A DNA stretch of 64,000 nt. It comes from Negaprion brevirostris. Its lineage: Eukaryota. The notes beneath the pieces were generated by a model that was given only the letters and a program-made list of their open reading frames with translations, ran no database searches and was not told the origin of the DNA. Below are positions 42,545 through 56,020 of this stretch, piece by piece. Both the position numbers and the translations under genes were made by a program. Where the stretch lies: positions 27,073,296 to 27,137,295 of the forward strand of contig JARDVH010000124.1 in NCBI GenBank assembly GCA_030324005.1. The letters are read 5' to 3'. The number at the start of each line of letters is the position of its first letter. Positions within the stretch are counted from its first letter, which is position 1.

Positions 42545-42640
42545 TTTTGATTGGCTGCAGCAACTCAAACCTACATGCAAATCAGCCAACGCCACTGACT
42601 AGGCAGCAGATCAATACAGGTTTACGGGGCGCAGAGAATG
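42545..42640 (+). promoter_or_regulatory. Candidate HMX2 proximal promoter
   Basis: Reverse CCAAT (GATTGG ~42549) and octamer ATGCAAAT (42575-42582), ~200 nt upstream of the ATG. Confidence 0.4.
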
Positions 42641-42760
42641 CATTCAGCCCGTGCATGCTCAGGGAAAACGACTGCAGAACAAAGCCACAACAATATACGC
42701 CGTCTGACACTTCTGCAAACGATTGTAAGTAAGTTTATTTTCTTTTTTTATGAACACAGA

Positions 42761-43025
42761 ATGAGTAACAAAGACGACATCACTAAGTGTTCTCCAGCTC
42801 CGATCTCCAGCTTTACGATACAGTCCATTCTCGGGACCTCGTCGGAGGAAGAACGCACAGGTTGCAAAGACAATGCCAAAGTAAATGCCAGGAAGCGCTG
42901 TTTATCCGACTCCTCGGACGAAGAGTTAACCGAGGAAGGATACAAAGACCTAGCCTGCTTCTGTTCTGACTCTGGCCCCGCAGAGCCCTGTCGCAGACAC
43001 CAGACTATCAGCTACACTTGTGTGA
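42761..43025 (+). CDS. HMX2: HMX2 (NKX5-2) coding exon 1
   Basis: MSNKDDITKCSPAPISSFTIQSILG contains an eh1-like FTIQSIL motif. Ends at A|GTAAGT donor, phase 1 (265 nt). Confidence 0.92.
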
Positions 43026-44096
43026 GTAAGTAAAGCGAAATCATTTCTATTTATCGAGCAGCATTATCCTCAACTCTCTTTTGTGTATAGTTTGGAGAAT
43101 GATTTTGAGAAAACAGTGCGCTTGCCCTTAATAATGTTTAACTTTAAATGAAACAGTCTTTATTTATAGCTCTTTTTAGACATATTGTTCCGTCCTATCG
43201 TATATTCTTGTATCTTACTCCATTCTCCCTGACGCCCAAGCTAATACCAACATTGTAAACCCATTTAAGTCAACAATGCCTCTTACATTTCAACCGAAAG
43301 TATTAGGAACTCTCTGCAATCAGATAGCATCTGTGGACTCTAATACTTTGGGTGAATTTGGTCGGGGAAGCTACTTTGTGCAAACATAAAGGAATTCCAT
43401 ATTTTACCGCGGACGGAAAGCACTCGCACGATTTTCCTTCGACACCAGCAACTTTGCATTTCAAAAAACAACACAGCCATTTAGTGAATAGAATTGAAGG
43501 GACAGTTATGTTATTACTGTAACACCAGGTAAGAGACTGCGATACCCTGCTGTACTGCCATCATTCACACCAGATTGCTTCAGGATTGTAATCCATTTAC
43601 ATGGCTACTTACTTTAATCACATTTAATATCGCGAATTACGATACAAATCAAGCCATATTTCGTCCTGTTCATCTTGAACGAAGCCCGACAAACATAGGC
43701 AAGCGGCGGCATTTAGCAAAATTCTTGGCAGAAAATACAGGTGAGGTTGTCCGCTAATTCGACGTACATATATAGATAGTTATAGAGGTGGAAAATATGT
43801 TTTCTTATCACCTAATCTTAAAAATGTTCACTCCCCTTGCTGCCGTTGACATCTTTATAATATAGTTTTCTTTGTATTTGAAGGCAGTTTCTCATATCAA
43901 GTTTTTATGCAATGATGCATGTCATACATTGCAGACCGGATTAAAACAACAAAATAATTGTAACTATGTGTGTCGATCCCTTATTCTTGTCATATAATTT
44001 AAAAATATATATATAAAGAGACAGGATAGTGAAAAGTCGAGGAGTGCAGATTGGCTGTAACATATCTGAGAAATGCCTTATATTTCTGCTTTCTAG

Positions 44097-44638
44097 GTAA
44101 TTCTAAAGGAGTTGGCACCGCTGGGCAGGAAAGTGCGGAGAGAAGGCAGCAGCAGTACCTGTCGCAAGATGGTCAGGTTTACAAGGAAGAAAAAGAAAAG
44201 AACTGCATGCAGACATCAACAGACAGACAGAGGGAGGGAGACAGACAAGGGAACCCGACCAAGAAGAAAACTCGCACTGTTTTCTCTCGCAGCCAGGTCT
44301 ACCAGCTGGAATCCACCTTCGACATGAAACGTTACCTGAGTAGCTCGGAGAGAGCTTGCCTCGCCACCAGCCTCCAGCTCACAGAGACCCAGGTCAAAAC
44401 CTGGTTCCAGAACCGCAGGAACAAGTGGAAGCGACAGCTCTCAGCGGAACTCGAGGCGGCCAACATGGCTCACGCGTCAGCGCAGACTCTAGTAGGAATG
44501 CCTCTAGTTTTCAGAGACAATTCCCTTTTGAGGGTTCCAGTCCCCAGATCAATTGCGTTCCCTGCTCCTTTGTACTACCCAGGCAACAACCTTACAGCTC
44601 TTCCCTTCTACAATCTCTACAACAAAATCGAATACTGA
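44097..44638 (+). CDS. HMX2: HMX2 coding exon 2 with homeodomain
   Basis: Acceptor ttctgctttctag with compatible phase. Encodes [86 protein letters not shown]...YNLYNKIEY. Spliced CDS is 807 nt. Confidence 0.96.
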
Positions 44639-47600
44639 CATTTTCTGCTCCACGTCTCTTTATAATTGTTTAACAATTAAATTGTATATTTATATAATAT
44701 CCGTATCTGTTTAAAATATATCTTTCTTATATGCAACCACTTGCATAATTATAAAGACAACGTGCTTCTCTATAAATTGTATTAAATATACAGTGTATAT
44801 ATGGATTATTTTGCAGTTTCTTATTTGATAATAAGACTTATTTAACTCCTACAATTGAAGATGGGTGCATTATACTAAAAATATTCACGTCAAAATAGAT
44901 TTTTTCAGAATGTATAAAAGACACGTGCAGAAAATGAAGTACTGTACTGATTTTAAGAATAATTCTCAATGGCTAACAGCAAACCATATGTGTATATGTC
45001 ATCTGAGGACGTTGCTCAACTATGGTGATAGGAATTTATTTTTGACATAAACGCATTTTTTGACAAGGGAAATTAATAGTCAATAACGACGTACAAGGAA
45101 TACACATGGTTATTCTGCACATGATTCTTTTTTACGTTGATTTTTCACTCACGCCATCGAAAGCAACGCTGACATAATGGCATTTGCAACAGGAAATGCA
45201 GACGGATGTGGATTATATGTCAAACATAATTTAGAAAACTTTGTTCATATGCTTAATTAATAAATTGAAAATCGGAAACAGGAAAAACAATATCAGTAGC
45301 ACGTTGTTGTGTAATGTTGCCCGAACGTTATACTTTCAAAGAAATTTGAATGTTTTGCTACTAGGTAAACCTGAAACTTCCTGTGCAAAAGATTAGAGTT
45401 CGCAATTCTCACAAGTAGTACCCCCGAATCTTAAAATTGTTGCAAAAAATACACAAACCTTGTCGAAAAGGCAATGATGCAATTGCAAGGTACAATAATG
45501 GATACTTCAAATATTTTACTTATTTTTAAATTTAGTGCCTTTGACATGAGGAACACATTCAGGTTGGCATTGTCAGGGTAATGCATTTGGGCAAAGGAAA
45601 GATTAATTCAGAGTACTTAAAATCTTGGGAGATAGTTTTTTTAATTTAAATAATCTGTAAAGCCACCTTTTCGCGCTATTCAACTTATTTGCAAAATTTT
45701 TAAAAGGCACGTCATTTTTCACTACAATAGAACGACGATCTTAAATACTAAAAAAGGACAAAAGTCTGCATTTTTGAACTATGCAGACTGAAGCAAGTGG
45801 TCGAAAATTACACCTCTCAGAGACGAAACAGCGTAGGATGTCTCTTAAAATTCAACTTCAAGGGTATAACAGTTTAGGCGTACTAAGAATTTTTAATGTA
45901 AACAAATAGCCAAAAATAGGAGAAGCTGGAAGTGTAGCATAGGCATTGTTTATGTATGTCTTATTGCGGCGATGCACCACTCTACAAACTGTACATTGCC
46001 ATTTCCCCCGAGTTAGCACTGACATTTTACTTTACTTGAACGTTTACAAGATGAACGATCAATACCTTCAGTTATTGAAATCAACTGATGACCAACATAC
46101 ACAATTGTTGAATCTTCGCCCTTATCTGTAGTTTGAAACTCCGCATTTTCCGCACGCCCTTCAGTTGAACGTAGAAATATGTGTCATCTTTCAGCATTAC
46201 CAGACTGCGATAATAGTTACTGCCTAAATTAAATGTAACGTCGTTTAATCAACAATTTAGAAGAATTAAGTGCAGGCCAGTTGTTTGCTCTGACATAAAC
46301 ATTTGCATCGCCAAATCTTTCATTAAAATTTGGGGGAGTAATATATTTTCTTCACAAATTCTGACATCTATTATGAAATAACGTATCTATGTTGTATTTC
46401 TACTCCACTAAACATTAATTAATGTAGCAACAGAAAGGCACCTGATATTTGAAAGGACAATATGGATTTTTAATGTTGCTACTATAAATATGCACCCACA
46501 TGTTGCACAACGGTGCAATTCAAGACAATAAAGCCGAATTTGCTTTGATTTGCATTTGAACTTCTTGGTCGAATTTTACAGAGTAATTCGAACTTTACTT
46601 ACGGTCTCTGAAAATATTGGGTAATAATGCATGCACCTGCTCTGTCAAGAAAATAGTTAAAAGCGGTAATACATGAAAGCTATTATTTTTATTAAATACA
46701 TTATGTCTAAAAACAGTAACATCTACTCAGTGTAATACGCAACAGAAGATAGTTTATTATATCATTTTCCGTTATGTAACGTTAGTCAAATATAACGTAA
46801 TTGCATTTATGCGAATTGCAATTGGGGCCCGCAATAAATCAAGACCTACTTTGACACAATTTATTAAGATATCTTTATATAACACTTTTTTCGCATTTAA
46901 ACAAGTATGGTTAAACAGAACCGATACCACCCTGAAAAGTGGGAGTTGTAGATAATACTGCGAAATTACGGAATGGGTACGTTGGAACAAGAAAAGGATC
47001 ATTTCGAACTGAGAACAATTTGAAAGTCTTCAGTAGCATTTATTCCTTGGAACATTTTGGAGAAAAACACATTTTTAAACAAAAATAACAAAGTCCTGCA
47101 GGTACGTTGGTTTATTCAATAAAATAACAGTCACAAATTAAATTACAAAAAGAGTAAACTAAAATGTTAACAGCAGCAGTACAAACGTATATGTCTATTT
47201 ATGAATAGCGTCAATAGTATTCGTAACAGTTTGAATAATATGCACGGTATTGAATGTCCGGATAGCACCAGATAACAACCCACTAAGGTAACATTCATCC
47301 ATTATGCATTCGCGTTATATTTTAATTACTTTAACAGTACTGATACCCTCAGTATAGCCTCCATGCATACAGGTTTTTGTTAACTGCATTGCACTTTCAT
47401 TAAAACGATGAGAGTTACTTCCTCCGTGGGATGAAAATCAAAACCATCGTGGCTCGCTTTCAAGTAGCGGTTCACGATATTTTAACATTTATGCTAATAT
47501 TACACGACTGCAAATGTTATGCTTTCAAAGCGTTTGAACTATGTAGCCATTCAAAGTTGCAGAGTTGACAAAGTTACTTTCTTGCCCTACAGGGCAAACC

Positions 47601-47679
47601 CTGCACTATAAATTGTTAATTCGTCTCCAAGTTCGCAGGACTCGTGTTATTTTGCAATCATTCTCCCCGATTTGCAGTT

Positions 47680-48260
47680 TTAGATGCGGGTTGCGCGCCT
47701 TCAAGTTGAAGTTGGGCTGTTTGAAGCTTGGAGGGAATAAAGCCGGGGCGGGGGGGACGTGAGCTGTCCCGGCCGGCCCGAGGTGGGAGAGCGGTGACGT
47801 CACATCCGCAACCCCAACGGGCGCTCGAGCGGCCCCGGGTTCAAACTGACCAATCAGAATTAAGGATTGTGAAGGGCGCTGGCGCGAGTGGAGCAGCTTC
47901 TGGAACAATCGGAGAGGAATCGGCGTGAATTCAGTTATTAGTTCAAAACAGAGAGCAAACAGCAGAGGAGGTAGGTAATGGAGGGAGGGCTCCGTGCACT
48001 TAGTGCGGCTCCGTTGCCGGCACCTTACCCTCGGTCATTGTGTGTCTCTCACGCAGCCCGCTGTGCCTGAGCTTGGAGGCCTGGGACGATGCAGTTGAAG
48101 CGGTCTGGCTGGCACCCTGCCGCCGCTGCTTTCTGCGGGTAGGCCGCAGGCCTGAGCCGGCGCATGCGGCTCAGTTTTTAGTGCGAATTCGCCCCGGGGC
48201 TCCCCGGCTTTACGGGGCGAGCCTGCGGTGGAGTGGGATTGGGGGCTGTTTTTTACGGCG
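47680..48260 (+). promoter_or_regulatory. BUB3: BUB3 CpG-island promoter and non-coding exon 1 (donor after 47970)
   Basis: GC/CpG-rich. GC box 47745-47753, CRE palindrome GTGACGTCAC 47794-47803, CCAAT 47850-47854, GAG|GTAGGT donor at 47970/47971. Confidence 0.75.
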
Positions 48261-49399
48261 ATTTCACGTTCCATGTTAATACTTCTGTCAAATAAATGGA
48301 GGATGTGCAGTGGAGTTTGGGATTCGGTTCGAAATTTAGCGCCAACATACAAATCAGTTTGACACGGCGGCCATTTTAATTGTCAGGCGCTGGCTCCAAT
48401 TCCGACTCCAAACCGTGATACTTTTCTTCAAGGAGTAATCCCTTCAATAGTTTCACATTGTACTGTTTAAAGTTGCTTTCTCAATCAGTAGCTTTTATTA
48501 CCCATCATATGGTTAATACGACCATTTAGAGCCTCGCAATTCCACAAATCTAATAAAGGGGAAGCGTACAATTTAGTGCATTAATATTTCTCGTTTTACA
48601 CTGGCACCATTTTGTTTATGGGCAGACAGCATCTCTGCTTGTTTCCCAAACAGACTTGAACACTGATACGTTAGCCTAACATCCCTGTCCTATTTGACCT
48701 GGAGCCAGGTGGGCCCAGATAACAAAGCAAATAGAGCCAAGAACTTGCGTTAGTATACTGTAGAAACGTTTCATAATTTAGTTGACAGATGTAGGGGCTG
48801 AACATGGACGTCAAGTTAAAGAGGTGATCAAAATTAGTAAAACAAGTGGGTTTTAAAAGTGGAGAAGGAGCTGAAGAGGTGGCTGTCAGTGGAGAGGAGT
48901 GCAATACTTGATCCTGGTGACACATTACCCAAATAAGGAGCTGAAGTCATGGGTGAATTTAAAGCAGTTTATTAATTAACAACAGTTTAGCTATGATACA
49001 TATAGGTAGAAAAGACAAATGGCCTGAATTTGTTGTTAGCCTCTGATCTGATGAACGAATAGGGGAAAGTAAAGGGATCTTGACCTCTGTGGCTGGTGGT
49101 GGCATCTCTCTGTTGTCTTCTGAGCAACCCAAAGTGTTCTACCCCCTCTTTGGTCTCCTCCTCTGCAGAAGACTGTAGACTCCCTTCCTAGCTCCTTTTT
49201 ATGTACCTTATTTCTAAAAGCTTTTGGAAATCCCATGTCAATCATTTGTTCATGTTTACCCAATTACTGAGGGATGAATACTTGGAAAACTGCTTCTCTG
49301 TCTGAAATAATCTTGTGGCATGATTTACCACTTGCTAGGACATATTTCAGCTTTGCTCGTTTGGTTTGTTCGGGTCACAAAATCTGATTTTATCAGATA

Positions 49400-50510
49400 C
49401 ATAAGAACTGGAACAGAAGTAAGCAATTCAGAACCCCTTGCTTGCTTTGCCTTTCAATATGACTGTGGCTGATCTCATCACCTTTCTGTCTGCTCCCTAA
49501 AACCCTTTATCCTTTTACTAATTAAATACCTCTCTTATCTCCTCAAATTTGTTTAGTGTTTGCATCCACTGCATTTGAATAGAGAATTCTACAGATTCAT
49601 GACCCTTTGAGTGAAGTAATTCCTTTTTTTCTGTTTTAAACTTGCCAACCCTTATCCTTGTGGCCTCTCATTCTAGAATGCCCAACAAGGGGAAACATCT
49701 GCCCTACATCTACCCTGTCAATCCCCTTTAGCGTCTTGTATACTTTAATTATATCTCCCCTCATTCTTCTAAGCGCCAGTGAGTATAGACCTACATCTCA
49801 ATATCTCTGTAGGACAGGTCCTTTTATCCCTGGAATCAATCTAGTGAATATTCACTGAACTGTCTTGAATGCATTTACGTTATTCCTCAAGCAAGGACAC
49901 CAAAGCTGTGTGCTGATGTATGCAGTTGCAAAAGCATCTCCCTACTTTTATACTCCGTTCCCTTTAGCAATGAATGTCAGAACTCCATTTGCCTTCCTGA
50001 TTACCTACTGCACGTTAACTTTCTATGATTTGTGCATGAGGACTCCCAAATCTGTCTGCATTGAAGCATTTTGAAGCTTCTCTCCATTTAGGTAGTATGC
50101 TGCCTTTTTGTTCCTCTGGCCAAAATGAATAACCTCACACTTATCCATATTAAATTCCAGCTGCCAAGTTTTGACCTACTCACCTAACCTATCCATATCC
50201 ATTTGTTAATGATTGCACCTCGCTTTTCCATCTGTTTTGGTAGTGTCAGCGATTTGACTACAGTACCTTCTATCCCTGCATCCAAATCATCAATATAGAT
50301 TGTAAATAGCTGGGGCCTGAGGACCAAACCATCTGGCACACCACTAATTACAGCTTGCCAACCAGACAAAGGTCTCTCTGCTTTTTGTTGATTAACCCAT
50401 CCTCTTTCCAAACTAACATATTATCCCCCCCAGTCGTATGGGATCTTATTTTGTGTATTAGTCTTTTGTGTGACACCATATCAGATCTCTTGGATATCCA
50501 GATACACTAC
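49400..50510 (-). mobile_element. CR1-type LINE RT remnant in BUB3 intron 1
   Basis: SGWQAVISGVPDGLVLRPQLFTIYIDDLD. Confidence 0.75.
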
Positions 50511-50809
50511 ATTTTAGGAATGTTTACTCTAGAATCATGTTGTTTCCAGATTTAACAGGCCTATACCAATCTAGGTTTGTCAACCCAACTCTCTGCAATA
50601 GAATAGTTGGGGGAGTGTGTTTCTACAGTATTTTTTTAAAAATTAAGGTTGTTGAAAGCCCATTCCTTACAGGAGGGAGAATATGAGAATTAGCAGCATG
50701 AGAAATGCACAAGGTGCTGCAATGGAATGCTTACAGAGGGGTCACAGAGTTGGAGAAGGTTAGAGCTACAGAGGGAATGAAGCCATGGATGGATTGGAAG
50801 AGAGGGACG

Positions 50810-51210
50810 AGGGTGAGGCACTGCTGCCTCAAAGCATCAGGCCCCTGGGTTCAGTTCCTGGTTTGGGTCACTGTTTGTGCAGAGTTTGCATATTCTCACT
50901 GTGTCTGCAGGAAATCTGAAGGAAATAAATAGATTTTATTTATTAGTGTCACAAGTAAGCTTACATTAACACTTCAGTGAAGTTACTGTGAAAATCCCCT
51001 AGATGCCAAGTACCTTCGCCTGTTCGGGGACATTGGGAGAATTTAGTATGGCTAATGCACTTAACTAGCACGTCTTTTGGACTGTGGGAGGAAACCAGAG
51101 AACCCGAAGAGAACGTACAGATTCCACACACTGAACCAAGCTGGAATTGAACCTTGGTCCCTGGTGCTGTGAGGTAGCAGTGCTAATCATTGTGCCACCA
51201 TGTTGCCCTG
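50810..51210. mobile_element. Two SINE copies in opposite orientation
   Basis: Plus-strand head ~50810-50910 and near-full minus-strand copy ~50935-51210. Confidence 0.7.
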
Positions 51211-52961
51211 TATGATAGGTTATGGGGTTTAGATGGCTCATTGTTGTATAGGATATTGTGTTATTACGTATGCCAGAAACCGTTCCAGGTCCTACTTGAA
51301 TATTAAGTAGAGGCGCTATTGTAAATGACAAACTATGGTTATTGGTAGAGGATCTTAGTGGGGAGTATTTTGATGCCATTAACACCCCAGCAATGGGAAG
51401 AATAGNNNNNNNNNNNNNNNNNNNNNNNNNNNNNNNNNNNNNNNNNNNNNNNNNNNNNNNNNNNNNNNNNNNNNNNNNNNNNNNNNNNNNNNNNNNNNNN
51501 NNNNNGAATAGCTTTCCAGTGAACAATTAAAATAAATTTGGCTGAATCCAGACTGGAATTTATTATATACAGGGAAAGATTTGTACCAGGGTGGAGAACA
51601 GGAGTAGTTTAATGATGAAAGAGGGATTAAAAAAAAGAAACAAAAGATGAATTCAGAAGAGATATAAATAATAACAATAGCGAGGCAGAGGAACGTGGAA
51701 ATTCTGCCATTATGGAGGGACCTGCCTAGCTGAGAAAAAGCAGGTAGACCTCAAGTGCATACCATCCCCTTGCAATGTACAAATAGGAGGTCCCAACCCA
51801 ACGCACATACCCATTCCAAGAGCTCTAATGCTGTCAATTTCTATTTCCAGCATCTGCTGGAAACTAGAAATCTTTAATAGAGCCTGAATGTGGCAAACTG
51901 CCTAGTAGAAAAATGAGATGATGTTTCTCAAGTTTGCAATGAACTTCATTGGAACAGCTTAGGAGTATGGAGTACTGAATGAGATGGAGAATTAAATGAC
52001 AGGCAAATGGAAGCTCAGTCATGTTTGATTTTATTTATAGTTCTCAAAACCAATTTGTACATTTATTCAGAAAAATATCTTAATGTTTCCGGAGCTGTAC
52101 GCAGTTACTACTATTTGGTACCTACGTGTTGATTATGAACTGCTTCTACTATCAGTCAAGTTACCAGGTTAAATATTGTAGGTGGGTGTCAAAGCACAGG
52201 GCATGAGTTGTAAGCTGCAGTACTGAGAAATCCAGTTATTTTAGAGGAGATTATTAAAATTATATAACTTTAAGAACAAAATGAGTTGCAACTATTCACT
52301 CGTACATGTTTGGAGAAATTGTCTTAAATTGTCTGAATAACATGTTACAGACAGAATTGATTAAGTATTTACAGTGCTGAAATAGTCCAACAGATCCATA
52401 TCTATGTTGAAGCACCGTACAAGCCAATTGATATTACTGAGGTCTTAAGATTAAAGATATTTGATGAAGAGTATACTACTAACAGTGTAACTGCATTCAA
52501 CAGACATGAGCGGTACCCCTGCAGTTTTGCATTTTCCCAACATATTGGTAATTTGATCTTTCATTGAAATTGACCTTTAAGCATGATTCAGTTTTTATTT
52601 TCACTTGTGCTGTGGCAGTTGACTGATTATATGTGTGGGAACCATTTTGGTAGCTCAATATTGGATTTTATTGTTTTTGGAAGAAAGGGGATTCAGAGTC
52701 ATGCTTAAGAGAAAGGTACAGTAGTCATTGTGGTTAATACTGTAATCCAAAAGTGCACAAAGCTTTGTTTTTGGTTGATCTAATTGCACATCTTTTCCTT
52801 GTTTTCACTCAAAGTACTGAGTGGTATTTAAGTTAGACAAGTAGGAATCATTATTAGTGATGGTAACAAATCAGTTCTCTGTCCTAGTTCTCTGATCTCT
52901 GTTTTAAGTTTGTCAATGATTAGTACAGATCTTACTGAAGTATTATATTACTTATTTTCAG

Positions 52962-53156
52962 ATGACAGGTTCAAATGAATTCAAACTAAACCAGTGCCCT
53001 GAAGATGGGATCTCTGCCATTAAGTTCAGTCCAAACACCTCTCAGTTCCTGTTGGTGTCATCCTGGGACTGTACCGTTCGTTTATATGACATCACATCAA
53101 ATAACATGCGACTCAAGTACCAGCATTCAGCAGCTGTCCTGGACTGTGCTTTTCAT
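52962..53156 (+). CDS. BUB3: BUB3 mitotic checkpoint WD40 protein, first coding exon
   Basis: Acceptor ttattttcag directly precedes the ATG. MTGSNEFKLNQCPEDGISAIKFSPNTSQFLLVSSWD...VLDCAFH then GTAAGA donor; 195 nt. Confidence 0.96.
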
Positions 53157-54937
53157 GTAAGAAGCAATTTTATTTTCCCACTGAATTATAGTTACCAGAA
53201 CTGAAGACATTTCACCTAGTAGCTATGTGGATATTTGTTTTGCCGTTTAGACTTCACCCTCAAACTAAGCATTAGCCTAAGCCAGGCCTGTTTGTGTATA
53301 TCTCTCAAAGCAATAGATGTCTATAGATTTGAAATATTTTGTTCGTTTATATACATGAAACTAAAATCTGCTCATATCTGATTAATCCTGTTATAATTCC
53401 ACTGCTTTCTAACTTATTCTTGTTTTTCTCAACCCTTCTGCTTTCTTTTCTGCTTCTTTGTGTGTTTTCCCTTCTGCCACATTTAATTTAGTTTTTCCCT
53501 TGGAGTATTGGTTACTCTTCCAGTGTAAACACATTGGTCCCAGCTTTGCGTTGCTCTGGCAGTGTCCTAGGAACCTAATTTCTTTCTTTCCCCAATCTCT
53601 CCTGCCAAAAATTTGAATTGTTTATCTTATTTTTCCTGTTATTAAGAATAACCAAGATTTATTAGCCTTGAGGTATTACTTTTTAATATATTTCATCAAA
53701 GAATTGAGCACAAAAGTCTGACTGATACTCCAGTGCAGTACTGAGGGAATATGTTGCCTTATTAAATAAAAATTACTTTCTCCAAAAGATGTTAAATGTA
53801 ACTTACTTCATAAGATAAGATTAGAATTAGGCCATTGAGTCCACTCCGCCTTTCAATTATGGCTGATATGCTCGTCATTCCTATTTTCCTGCCCTTCTCC
53901 CCGTAACCTTTCAACCCATTACCAATTAAAAATCTGTCTAACTCCTCAAATTTACTCACTGTCCCAGCATCCGCTGTCAGAGTATTAATTGGAGACTCTG
54001 CACTATCAGGTGGGCGTAAAATGTCCCATGGCATAGTGTTCCTTTCACTGTTTATCTCTTGATCAGTCTGAGTGTTTAATCTGGTCATTATTGCACTGCT
54101 GGTTTTGGGAACAATAGTGACTTTTTTTAAAGTTACTTTATTGGTTCAAAAATGCTTTGGGTTCTGAGGTCATTTATATAAATTTTTTAGTTATGTGTTT
54201 CTTCAGGGCCTTGATTTTATTTCTTTTGTAATGGGTTCCAATAATAATCAAAACTTAGCATATAAAATCTTTTGTATTCCATTCTATTTTTCTTGACTCT
54301 TGAACCTGGATGGCAGTGTGACATTCATGACTTTTGGTTGCACTACAAAACATGTGTTTGCTCCCCTAACAGAAATTTGCACAATTTCCAACGCATGTAT
54401 GTATTTTATATTTTATAATATTTTACAATCTATCTGAGGTCTGATTTATGCACTTGGTATAAATACTAATGTCTTGGTATTACTGGGGACTTGAATTGTA
54501 CTGTCTTGCATTCTGCCATTACTTAGCACTTGGATGTATTGCCTGATCGTAGTACATAATGTCAGCTATTATCTTGTTCATCATACAGCCATCAATCTAA
54601 TCTGTTTTAATTCACTGAATATTTATAGTGTGTAACTTAACAGCTGTGCAAAACAGTTGTATTTATCAATATTGAATCTGATTAGCTGTTTATTTTCCAT
54701 TTGAAAAGTTAATCTAACTCCTACTGCAACTCTCTTACTGTATCGTCTGTTTCTATTAACAAAATGGGGAGATCGTTAAGTTGATGATGTTTGTTTTGAT
54801 GGTCTTATGGATTATGCATGAAGTGTCTACTATGCTACGTCAGTAAGACCATGGTCAGTCATCTATCTCAACTTTATCTTCTCACTCTGTCCCTTCATTT
54901 CATTACCACCTATCAACCTGTGTCTTGAATGTACTTA

Positions 54938-55097
54938 GAATCACGAGCTTTCGGAACGCTGTTCCTTCCTCAGGTGAGTGGAGAGTTGGGTTCACAAAAA
55001 GGACATATATAGACAGATACGCAAATGCAAGATAATGGGTGGAATGTTGTGAGTCACCTTACTGTGCCCACCCCAGTCCAACGCCGGTATCTCCACA
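54938..55097. mobile_element. 5'-inverted Penelope-like terminal insertion with 15-bp TSD
   Basis: TCTTGAATGTACTTA at 54923-54937 and 55098-55112. The left part is the reverse complement of a sequence homologous to 6560-6662; the right part is the forward element end. Confidence 0.75.
54941..54977 (-). ncRNA. Minimal type I hammerhead ribozyme-like motif
   Basis: UCAC-CUGAGGA-A-GGAAC(AGC)GUUCC-GAAAGCUC-GUGA: core boxes, 5-bp stem II, palindromic AGCU in place of stem III, and 4-bp stem I. Confidence 0.55.
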
Positions 55098-55950
55098 TCT
55101 TGAATGTACTTAACTGAGCTTCCACCAGTCCCTAGAGAATTCCAGAAATTCACAGCTGTTTGTGTAAACAATTACTCCTTTTCTCCTTATTCTAAGACTG
55201 TGATCTTATGCCCTGGATCTCAGCGTTTACCTTGATGTGGAATAGGTTAGTTGAAGCTGCTGTATGCAATAGTATATCACAGGTTTGCATTTAATTTTAT
55301 TTTTCCTTCACCCCATTATTTCTCTGTTGGCTGGGCTGCAAAGTTTATTTTGGAATATTAATTTCCATAAGAAATTAACTGAATCTCCGGGCTTCGATAG
55401 TGTGTCTCTAGCTTATTTCAGTGTGACCCNNNNNNNNNNCCCTAAAATGTGTCTTGTTGCTGATCATATAGCTTTTATTAATATGTGGAGCAAACAGTGA
55501 AACACCATCACGTGACACATGATTTCAAGAATCTGAGAATCCTATGTGTTTCTTGGTTAATTATTTTGCAGTAATTATTTCAATGAGTTATGAGCTATCC
55601 AAAGTTTACATTTTGAAGGATGAAGTGCAGATTTTCTGTGTATTCTTTACGGAATGTGATAGCTATTCCATCATATTGTATTGTTTTGATAAAGATTGTT
55701 TCTTCTGTGGCATACTTGAGAAGTACAGATGTTGCTACTTCATTGTAAATATTGGTACTTTGATNNNNNNNNNNNNNNNNNNNNNNNNNNNNNNNNNNNN
55801 NNNNNNNNNNNNNNNNNNNNNNNNNNNNNNNNNNNNNNNNNNNNNNNNNNNNNNNNNNNNNNNNATATTGGTACTTTGATAAAACAAATATTGATCCAAA
55901 GTAAGCTGTGTATTAACAGTGTTTAATTGTCCACTTGTCCCTATTAATAG

Positions 55951-56020
55951 GACCCGACTCATTCATGGAGTGGCGGACTGGACCTTTCACTGAAAATGCG
56001 TGATTTAAACACAGACCAGG
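55951..56020 (+). CDS. BUB3: BUB3 second coding exon (absent from the ORF track)
   Basis: taatag acceptor; DPTHSWSGGLDLSLKMRDLNTDQ; G|GTGAGA donor. 70 nt, and the phase joins both neighbouring exons. Confidence 0.95.

Noticed and set aside
42725-42759. GTAAGT...ACAG mini-intron just before the HMX2 ATG
   Set aside because: Only 35 nt, too short for a typical vertebrate intron.
47565-48352. ORFs in the BUB3 CpG island
   Set aside because: Stop-codon scarcity from high GC; low-complexity products without domains.
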